From Candidatus Vogelbacteria bacterium (GTDB lineage: Bacteria > Patescibacteriota > Minisyncoccia > Phycocordibacterales > XYD1-FULL-46-19): a stretch of 64,000 nucleotides of DNA. Location of the stretch: positions 15,633 to 79,632 of the forward strand of contig CAIRHC010000006.1 of NCBI GenBank assembly GCA_903878275.1, written 5' to 3'. A model generated the notes under the pieces. The model worked only from the letters and a program-made list of their open reading frames with translations. It searched no databases and had not been told where the DNA came from. Below are positions 7,550 through 15,017 of the stretch, piece after piece; the stretch's first letter is position 1, and every line of letters starts with the position of its first letter. The position numbers and the translations under genes are program-made.

Positions 7550-10500
7550 ATGTTCAAGAAAATAAAGAAGTTCTTTTTCGGCTCCAAAAAAGACTTGTCG
7601 CACAAGGCGAGCTTGTTATTAGTGTTAGCCTTAGTCGTAGGCGGTTTTTTGTTTGGCTTTGGAGCTGTGTCTGCTAATGATTCAGATTCTAGCTTGAGTG
7701 TTTTAACTGTGAGTTCTGGCACACTGGTACCAGGTTTTGATTCAACTGTGTTCAATTATAATGTGGAACTACCTTTTGGAGTATCACTTGTTCCAACTGT
7801 GACGGCGACAGCTACTGATGCAAGCTCAACACCTGTTGTAACTGATGCCACCAGTATTCCTGGAACAACTAGCATAGAGGTCACAGCTTGGGATAGTTCT
7901 ACCTCTACATATCTTGTTAATTTTACCAACGCCCCTGACACAGAAAATCCAACTTTCCTAATAAATGGTACAACATCAATTTCTTCTTATAATTCTTCAA
8001 ATATTCCCTTGAATATTACTTTTGCTGATAATGATTCTGCTACAGGGACAATCAACGGAATGCCTATAACTTCTCCTTACGCAACTAGTTCCGACGGCTC
8101 CTATGTGCTTATCATATCTGATCCTTCTGGTAATGAAGCTTCAACGACTTTTTCGATTCATCTTTCTTCGATTGTGGTGAGTGGTGTGTCCGAAGGGTCT
8201 TTGTATGGTACCAGTTCTGTTCCGGTAACAATTACTTTTTCTGATAATAGTGGTACTAGTACCCTAACAGCTTTGTTGGACGGGACTCCGTTTTCGTACG
8301 GTGATTCTACTAGTGCTGACGGTCATCACACTTTGATTGTCAGTGATCCTTGGGGTAATTCTACAACTACAAATTTTACGATTGATACAACTCCGCCGGT
8401 GTTTGATCCTATTGTAGATCAATCTTTTGAAGCAGTTGCTTCGACTTCTTCATATAGCTTAACTCTCGCTACTGCTCTAGATGCTTTGAGCGCCCTTAAT
8501 CCAATTTCTTATCTGCCAAACATTTTTCCATTAGGAACAACAACCGTAACATGGACTGCGTCTGATGTCCTTGGAAATACTTCTACGGCAACTTCAAGTG
8601 TTGGAATTGTTGATACAACCGCGCCGGTTATTACTTCTCACTCTGATGTGATTGCCGAAGCTACAAGCGCTAGCGGTGCAACTGTTACTTATACCCCCCC
8701 CTCTGCCACTGATTTGGTTAGTGGAACTGTTTCTGTTGGCTGCGCCTCGTCTTCTGGCTCGCTTTTCCCAATTGGCACGACGACAGTTAATTGTCTTGCG
8801 ATCGATGATTATGCAAATTCAGCCACTTCCTCATTCGATGTGATTGTCCAAGATACTATTGCCCCGACTACTACGGCAACAGCTATTACTTCTGGCGCTT
8901 ACACTTTTGACACCTGGACCAGTAGTGATGTGACTGTCACCTTAAACGCGACCGACACGGCTTCGGGAGTTGATAAAATTTATTATTCAACCTCCACACC
9001 AGAATCTTTTGTGGAATATTCCACTCCTTTTACAATAACGACCGAAGGTACAACAACCGTTAAATTTTACGGCATTGACGTGGCAGGTAATCTCGAAGCG
9101 ACAAGTACGGTTTTAGTGAAGATTGATAAGACAGCTCCATCAAAACCATCGACCATGTCTATAAACGGTGGCGTTAGTCCATACGCTTCAAGCTCTACTG
9201 TTACTTTGGACATTAATTTGCCAACAGATGCCACCTCTGGTTTGCTGTGGATGCAAATAGCTAATCATAATTCTTATCACGCCACAGAGACACCTGCGAT
9301 GTCTAGAACCAGTTGGGTTTTATCTGCCGGCGATGGTTCAAAAGATGTGAAAGTTCGGTTTTATGACTTGGCGAACAACGTTTCTTCAACTTCTGATTTT
9401 TCTTATATTACTCTTGATACTCATGCTCCAACCGTTGCAACGACAACCATTACTCCATCCTATGTTGGAACTAGCACTTACATAACCAATACCTCTAACA
9501 TTGCAGCTGCCGTTAATGACAATAATGGCTCTATTACACCTGTTTCTGGTATTGATTCTGCTACTTGTGAATATACTCTTGATAATGGTTCCAATTGGGT
9601 TTTGGCTGATTACGATGGAACCAGATGTTACAAAGATGGTGTTTCCACTTCCGGAGCTACTCATATTGGTTTCCGAGTTAAAGATAACGCTGGTAATCAA
9701 TGGGTAGGTGTAGTTACTCCGGTTTTTGTCGATTCGACAAGCCCTTCGGTTGCAAATATTACCATCACGCCGTCTTATAGCACTTCGACCGAGACATACA
9801 TAAAAGACTTGTCCGATCTTTCGGCTTCTACAACAGACGCTGGTTCTGGTATAGACACTTGTGAATATACGATTAATAACGGCTCTAATTGGGTTTTAGC
9901 TGATTATAATCCAGCCAATTCAACTTGTTATAAAAATGGGGTGGCAACTATTGGTGCGACGTTTGTAAATTTCCGAGCTACCGACCATATCGGCAATCTG
10001 CCGGCAATTGGGACACCTGTTAGTGTAACTCTGGATGTTACCTCGCCAACCCTTGGTTCTCTTGATGTGGCAAATACTCACCATACGACCGGAGGTGTTA
10101 CTTATATCACCGTATTGTCTGATCTAATTTCTTCTGTTATTGATGGCGGTTCTGATGTCAAAAATTGTCGTTTTGGAACGGAAGTGGGAGGAATTCCGAC
10201 TTGGACAATGGCAACCTCAACTTTAAGTGGAAATTGTATTTGGACTGGTCTTGATACTTCTAATTCTGCAATTAGCAAAATTTGGGTGGAAGCGAGTGAT
10301 AATTTAGACAATGTTTCTTCGACCAGCACGATGGTTTTTCTTGATACTTCAGCTCCAACTACTACTGCTTCGGCTGGTACTTATACTTTTGGCAACTGGA
10401 CGAACCAAGACGTAAGCGTAACTTTAATCGCCGATGATGGAGCTGGGAGTGGGGTGGCAAACATTAATTATGTCGAAGATGGAGCGGCAACAACTAGCTA

Positions 10501-11173
10501 CACCGGAGTACCAGTAATCTTTAACACAGAAGGTGTTCATACTTTAGATTTTTACAGTGTTGATAATCTTGGTAATTTAGAAAGTGTTGGAACTGTTACC
10601 GTAAAAATTAACAAAACCAAACCGGTAATCACTTTAAGTGGCGATAGCGAAGTGACGCTTGAGTATGGTGCGACCTACGTTGATTCAGGTGCTTCTTCGA
10701 CCGATGATATTGCTGGTGATATTTCGGCAAATATCGTGACAGATAATCCCGTCAATACAAATACCGCTGGGGTTTATTATGTAAAATACAATGTGACTGA
10801 TTCGGCAGGGAATATGGCTGATGAAGTGTCCAGAAAAGTAACCGTAAATTCAGCTCCTCATCATGGTGGCAGCGGCTACGCCATTCCTCTTATCGGCAAA
10901 GTCCTTGGTGAAAATACTGATAAGGCTAAAGAATTGGCTCTAAAGCGAATGCAAGCTCGACGAATGGCACTTTTGCGACGACAATTGGCTTTGCTTCGAC
11001 AACAATTGCGTGATTTACAGAATCCGCCAGCACCCGAAGTAAATACCGTTCCGCTACAAGAAGAGATTACTGTACCGACAACTACCGATGAAGTTGTACC
11101 AACAACAACTGTTGATGTGACAGCCCCTCCGGTCGTAGAACCAGAGAAGAAACCATTTTGGAAGTTTTGGTAA
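7550..11173 (+). CDS. giant Ser/Thr-rich cell-surface protein with HYR-like and Ig-like (DUF5011-like, CHB_HEX_C-like) repeat domains
   Basis: N-terminal signal/TM segment (LLLVLALVVGGFLFGFGAVSA). Repeated TxTWTASDxxGNxxTATSSVxIVDTTAPV (HYR-like) and NATDTASGVDKIYYS...VKFYGIDVAGNLE modules. C-terminal DSEVTLEYGATYVDSGASSTDDIAGDIS...YYVKYNVTDSAGN (DUF5011-like), then a coiled-coil/Pro-rich tail. Confidence 0.7.
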   Translation: MFKKIKKFFFGSKKDLSHKASLLLVLALVVGGFLFGFGAVSANDSDSSLSVLTVSSGTLVPGFDSTVFNYNVELPFGVSLVPTVTATATDASSTPVVTDATSIPGTTSIEVTAWDSSTSTYLVNFTNAPDTENPTFLINGTTSISSYNSSNIPLNITFADNDSATGTINGMPITSPYATSSDGSYVLIISDPSGNEASTTFSIHLSSIVVSGVSEGSLYGTSSVPVTITFSDNSGTSTLTALLDGTPFSYGDSTSADGHHTLIVSDPWGNSTTTNFTIDTTPPVFDPIVDQSFEAVASTSSYSLTLATALDALSALNPISYLPNIFPLGTTTVTWTASDVLGNTSTATSSVGIVDTTAPVITSHSDVIAEATSASGATVTYTPPSATDLVSGTVSVGCASSSGSLFPIGTTTVNCLAIDDYANSATSSFDVIVQDTIAPTTTATAITSGAYTFDTWTSSDVTVTLNATDTASGVDKIYYSTSTPESFVEYSTPFTITTEGTTTVKFYGIDVAGNLEATSTVLVKIDKTAPSKPSTMSINGGVSPYASSSTVTLDINLPTDATSGLLWMQIANHNSYHATETPAMSRTSWVLSAGDGSKDVKVRFYDLANNVSSTSDFSYITLDTHAPTVATTTITPSYVGTSTYITNTSNIAAAVNDNNGSITPVSGIDSATCEYTLDNGSNWVLADYDGTRCYKDGVSTSGATHIGFRVKDNAGNQWVGVVTPVFVDSTSPSVANITITPSYSTSTETYIKDLSDLSASTTDAGSGIDTCEYTINNGSNWVLADYNPANSTCYKNGVATIGATFVNFRATDHIGNLPAIGTPVSVTLDVTSPTLGSLDVANTHHTTGGVTYITVLSDLISSVIDGGSDVKNCRFGTEVGGIPTWTMATSTLSGNCIWTGLDTSNSAISKIWVEASDNLDNVSSTSTMVFLDTSAPTTTASAGTYTFGNWTNQDVSVTLIADDGAGSGVANINYVEDGAATTSYTGVPVIFNTEGVHTLDFYSVDNLGNLESVGTVTVKINKTKPVITLSGDSEVTLEYGATYVDSGASSTDDIAGDISANIVTDNPVNTNTAGVYYVKYNVTDSAGNMADEVSRKVTVNSAPHHGGSGYAIPLIGKVLGENTDKAKELALKRMQARRMALLRRQLALLRQQLRDLQNPPAPEVNTVPLQEEITVPTTTDEVVPTTTVDVTAPPVVEPEKKPFWKFW

Positions 11174-11217
11174 AAAAGTTGAGCGACATATAATTTCGCA
11201 CAATTACTTATAATAAA

Positions 11218-11260
11218 AACACGTGACATTAAAATGTCGCGTGTTTTTAGGGATAGTTAA
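11218..11260 (+). terminator. intrinsic terminator after surface-protein gene
   Basis: AACACGTGACAT-TAAA-ATGTCGCGTGTT hairpin followed by a T-run. Confidence 0.5.
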
Positions 11261-11434
11261 AATTAAATTAAAAAATAAAGCGAGACATTTCTTATTTTGG
11301 GGGTTTTGAGGCTGTCGAGCCGAAAACTTCAGGATTTCTCATTAAGCTTCTAGTCCCCCTTGTGAGGACAAAAAATCTGTACCCTAAATAAGAAGATGGC
11401 GAGTGAATATTTTTTAATTTAATTTTGGCACTTC

Positions 11435-11659
11435 TTATGGTCGAAAAATTTTCTCGAGTTCGGCTTTGTGTTTGGTCAAAACTTCCATCGTTGCCGCCAT
11501 TTGATCCATTTTTTTGTTCTTCATTTTATCATCCACCTCACCAGCAATTTGCTGGAATAAAGCTGGGTTCTTATTAATCATATCCATCAGCGGTCCAAGT
11601 TGTTCTTTTGGTACGCCTTTGGATTGCAACATCTTTTTTATGAAAAATTCTTTAAACAT
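11435..11659 (-). CDS. small hypothetical protein (74 aa, Met/Lys-rich)
   Basis: Minus-strand ORF with no clear SD and no identifiable family. Confidence 0.3.
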   Translation of the reverse strand: MFKEFFIKKMLQSKGVPKEQLGPLMDMINKNPALFQQIAGEVDDKMKNKKMDQMAATMEVLTKHKAELEKIFRP

Positions 11660-11712
11660 ATTGTAAATTTAACAAATTATTGATATATTATCAAATGTTA
11701 TCTAGAAAATAT

Positions 11713-11949
11713 ATGCATTTTGTTTATGTTCTAAAAGATGATCTCGGCAAGTTTTATAAAGGGCTGACAAACAATTTGGAACGGAGGCTTAAAGAACATT
11801 GCTCTGGTAAAACAACAACGACAAGGAAGATGGTAAATCCTATTATGGTTTACCATGAAGAATATGCAGATTTTCTTACCGCCAGAAAAAGAGAATTGTA
11901 TTTCAAAAGCGCTGCGGGTAGAAGATTTTTAAAAAATAAGTTAGACTAG
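11713..11949 (+). CDS. GIY-YIG nuclease superfamily protein (YhbQ/UPF0213-like)
   Basis: MHFVYVLKDDLGKFYKGLTNNLERRLKEH is a GIY-YIG motif (YVYVL...YIG.T.NL.RR..EH). Probable start at the internal ATG 11713 of ORF 11680-11949. Confidence 0.75.
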   Translation: MHFVYVLKDDLGKFYKGLTNNLERRLKEHCSGKTTTTRKMVNPIMVYHEEYADFLTARKRELYFKSAAGRRFLKNKLD

Positions 11950-11956
11950 ATCGTGA

Positions 11957-12027
11957 GGGCCTATAGTATAGCGGTAGAACGGTTCCATGGCATGGAACAG
12001 GTCGGGGTCCGACTCCCCGTAGGTCCA
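11957..12027 (+). tRNA. tRNA-Ala (anticodon GGC)
   Basis: Acceptor GGGCCTA/TAGGTCC with G3:U70. Anticodon stem GTTCC/GGAAC, loop ATGGCAT. T-arm CGGGG-TCCGACT-CCCCG (non-canonical T-loop). Discriminator A. 71 nt. Confidence 0.7.
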
Positions 12028-12131
12028 CAATAGCTCACTGGTACCCGCCCGAACGACTGATATCGTTCAGTCGGGCGGGGAGCGCTTCCATGGCATGGAA
12101 GAGGTAAGCGGTTCGATCCCGCTATGGTCCA
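12028..12131 (+). pseudogene. tRNA-Ala-like partial copy (D-arm interrupted by 36-nt hairpin + intact anticodon/T arms + acceptor 3' strand; no matching 5' acceptor strand)
   Basis: TAGCTCACTGGTA, then perfect hairpin CCCGCCCGA...TCGGGCGGG (12044-12079), then GAGCG, CTTCC-ATGGCAT-GGAAG, AGGTA, AGCGG-TTCGATC-CCGCT, ATGGTCC-A. It shares the 15-nt palindromic core TTCCATGGCATGGAA and the 3' GGTCCACAA with the upstream tRNA, with compensatory stem changes. Confidence 0.45.
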
Positions 12132-12143
12132 CAAAAATTCTAA

Positions 12144-12815
12144 ATGAAATTTAAAGCTACTGATAATTTAAATTTGCGATCCGAGCCATCACTTACCGGT
12201 TCGGTCGTAAAAGTAATAACGGCTGGTACGATTGTCGATAGCGACGAAAATGTTTGGAAAAAAGTCACTTTGGCTGATGGCACTAAAGGTTTTTGTTCGG
12301 CGACTTATTTGCAGGCGATACCCGAACCACCGCCTGCCGTTTGGAATATTCCCATACCAAAAATTTATTTTGTTTTGTCGCAAACTTATCTAAACGAAGA
12401 TTGGAGTTTGTATCCCAAATTTGGTCACCATACCGGTGTGGATTATGGCGGTGCTGGTCAGACCAATATTCCGCTTTATGCTTGTGCCGATGGCGAAATT
12501 ATTTATCGTGAAGTTTTCAATTCTGCCTGGGGTGCTTCTCTTGGTAACCACGCGGTGCTTTATGTTCATTCAGTAGATAAATCATTTTTGTATTGTCATA
12601 TGCCAGCTGATCCGCCGACTCTTGGTCCGGTAAAAGCCGGTAATAAAATCGGTTTGATGGGTAATACCGGTAAAAGCGCCGGCGGAGCGATTCACTTACA
12701 TCTCGAAGGCTTTCACGGTCGCTTTAAAATTGCCGACCGTTCGTTCATTTCACTAGCAGATATCAAGAAAAAAACTTTCGACGCTGACAGCTTTATCCGA
12801 TCGAAAATTAAATAA
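12144..12815 (+). CDS. SH3b-domain + M23 (LytM) family peptidoglycan endopeptidase
   Basis: HTGVDY (HxxxD) and GNTGKSAGGAIHLHLEG (M23 HxH motif). N-terminal SH3b-like region. Confidence 0.75.
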   Translation: MKFKATDNLNLRSEPSLTGSVVKVITAGTIVDSDENVWKKVTLADGTKGFCSATYLQAIPEPPPAVWNIPIPKIYFVLSQTYLNEDWSLYPKFGHHTGVDYGGAGQTNIPLYACADGEIIYREVFNSAWGASLGNHAVLYVHSVDKSFLYCHMPADPPTLGPVKAGNKIGLMGNTGKSAGGAIHLHLEGFHGRFKIADRSFISLADIKKKTFDADSFIRSKIK

Positions 12816-12854
12816 TCATTTTACTTTAAGTAATTTTTTCGCTATCTTTAAATA

Positions 12855-13934
12855 ATGAATATTTCTGTGGGAATTTGCGGGTTGCCAAATGTCGGTAAAT
12901 CGACGCTTTTTAACGCACTCACACAGAAAGGGGTGCCGGCGGAAAATTATCCCTTTTGTACAATTGATCCAGCCGTCGGAATTGTGGCGGTGCCGGATGA
13001 ACGAGTGGATATACTCGCGGAATTTTCCAAGTCTGCCAAAAAAATTCCAGCGGCGATTGAATTTGTCGATATCGCCGGCTTGGTCAAAGGCGCTTCAAGC
13101 GGTGAAGGTTTGGGCAATAAATTTTTGTCACATATTCGTGAAGTCGATGCGATTGCCGAAGTGGTGCGGGTTTACGAAGATTCAAATATTACGCACGTCT
13201 CAAATAAGATTGATCCAATCGACGACATCGAAACAATAAATCTCGAATTAATTTTGGCGGATGACCAAACCGTCAGTAAAAGAATTTCAAATCTATCGCA
13301 CGATGTCAAAAGAGGTCACAAACCAGCGATGGCAGAAAATGAAATCCTGGTCAAAATTGAAGAAGTTTTGAAAAAAGGACAAATGGCAAGCGCCGTGATT
13401 TTGACCGAAGAAGAAATGAAAGTGGCGAAAGCGTTGAATTTGCTGACCTTGAAGCCGATTTTATATGTTTTAAATAAAAAAAATGGCGTGAAAACTGTTG
13501 ATTTGGCACCAGTCGAAGACTATTTAAAAAAGCTCGGTGCCAACTGGGTGATCGTCGATGCTAAAATCGAGGGCGAATTATCTGAACTCGAAAAAGGGGA
13601 TAAAGAAGAATTTAAAAAAGAGCTCGGTGTGGAAGATGATGGTATCAACGATTTGATTAAAGAAAGCTATAAAATGCTTGGCTTAATCACTTTTCTCACG
13701 ACCGGTGAAGACGAAACTCGAGCGTGGACGATCAAAAAAGATTCCACGGCGCCGGTGGCAGGCACGGCAATTCACACCGACTTTTACGACAAATTTATCA
13801 AAGCCGAAGTCATAAACTGGCAAGATTTATTAAAAGCCGGCTCTTATGGCAAAGCCCGTGAACTTGGTTTGTTAAAAACAGAAGGCAAAGATTATGTTGT
13901 GAAAGATGGTGATGTAATCGAATTTAAGATTTAG
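12855..13934 (+). CDS. ychF: ribosome-binding ATPase YchF (Obg-family GTPase with TGS domain)
   Basis: G1 GLPNVGKSTLFNALT, coiled insert and C-terminal TGS (DGDVIEFKI). Confidence 0.9.
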   Translation: MNISVGICGLPNVGKSTLFNALTQKGVPAENYPFCTIDPAVGIVAVPDERVDILAEFSKSAKKIPAAIEFVDIAGLVKGASSGEGLGNKFLSHIREVDAIAEVVRVYEDSNITHVSNKIDPIDDIETINLELILADDQTVSKRISNLSHDVKRGHKPAMAENEILVKIEEVLKKGQMASAVILTEEEMKVAKALNLLTLKPILYVLNKKNGVKTVDLAPVEDYLKKLGANWVIVDAKIEGELSELEKGDKEEFKKELGVEDDGINDLIKESYKMLGLITFLTTGEDETRAWTIKKDSTAPVAGTAIHTDFYDKFIKAEVINWQDLLKAGSYGKARELGLLKTEGKDYVVKDGDVIEFKI

Positions 13935-13998
13935 TTTTTTTAAAACTATGTTATAATTTAAACAATAAAAACAGTCTTAAAATATAACGATTAATTAA

Positions 13999-14310
13999 AT
14001 GAATTTTATAACTTACGTCCGCCAATTTCGAATTTTCAACTTTGCCATTTTTGATATCGCAGTTTCTTTTTTGGGAATGTATTTATTGTCTGGATTTTTG
14101 TCGCGAATGTTTTTAAAAATTGGTGTGGAAATTCCCGCCAGAAGCTGGATTTTGTGGGCACTGCCGATTGGTGTTCTGGCACACTTGGTTTCTGGTCAAA
14201 TGACGCCGATGACCAAAAATTTACTAGACCTAAATGGTCACTATATTTTAAAAATTGTCATCCTAGCTTTTCTGGTGGCGGGTTTTGTCGGAATTCGGCT
14301 GGTTAAATAG
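13999..14310 (+). CDS. small integral membrane protein
   Basis: 103 aa with 3-4 hydrophobic helices. Confidence 0.4.
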   Translation: MNFITYVRQFRIFNFAIFDIAVSFLGMYLLSGFLSRMFLKIGVEIPARSWILWALPIGVLAHLVSGQMTPMTKNLLDLNGHYILKIVILAFLVAGFVGIRLVK

Positions 14311-14473
14311 TAAAGCTTGGTTTTTATTTAAACGCGTGGTATAATACTTCTCAGCTGGTTCTTTGTCGTAAAAACTAAGAAAGGAGACTAATCATCTTAC
14401 GAGTAGGTCAGCTATTTTTTTTGGAAACCAAACAACCTTAAAGCCTTGATAAAGGCAAAAGAAAGGAATTCTT

Positions 14474-14911
14474 ATGATAGAATTCAATCGTTACAACGCT
14501 CTGTATGTTGGAGAAGAAATTATTCCACCAGTAGATGTGACCAAGATTGCTTGGGTTACTCGTCACTACCCAGAAGAGTTTTACTTAAAGATACTCCAGA
14601 TTATTTACAAAAACGTTGCCCTTACACATTTTCACAACGTTATTTTTAATTCCAATTGTCACTTTACAGACTTTATTAGAAAGCTAAAAGATGCGGGTTT
14701 TATCCCGTATCCAGTTGCCCCGATATTTATGATTGAGCAAGCTACAATGATGGAAGATCTCGAGTTCGGACGTTTTGTTCTTAATTATGATTTAGAAAAA
14801 AACAAAACTCTTCGTTATGTCGAAAAATGGACCAACGGACAACGTAGTGTGTTACTTACTGGTAACAAGCTACAGTTGCTAGAACAAAGAAAACAGCTAA
14901 TCGCTGTTTAG
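14474..14911 (+). CDS. hypothetical protein
   Basis: 145-aa ORF with an AAAGGAA SD upstream. Confidence 0.4.
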   Translation: MIEFNRYNALYVGEEIIPPVDVTKIAWVTRHYPEEFYLKILQIIYKNVALTHFHNVIFNSNCHFTDFIRKLKDAGFIPYPVAPIFMIEQATMMEDLEFGRFVLNYDLEKNKTLRYVEKWTNGQRSVLLTGNKLQLLEQRKQLIAV

Positions 14912-15017
14912 TCCAACCTTTTTAGTTTTTACTTTTGATTCGGGCTACTGAAAAGTAGCCCGATTTTGCCTTTTTATGAATAATTGAAATTTCTAATTTT
15001 TGTGTTAAAGTATTTAT

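Noticed and set aside
9386-10329. Several 60-120-aa ORFs antisense or out-of-frame within the surface-protein gene (and similar within leuS, dnaK, valS, the primase gene).
   Set aside because: Embedded in long, confidently assigned genes; typical spurious ORFs.
12028-12131. Attempt to fold the second tRNA-like unit as a complete tRNA.
   Set aside because: No 7-nt segment upstream (including within the first tRNA) pairs with its acceptor 3' strand ATGGTCC, so it cannot be called a complete canonical tRNA from sequence alone.
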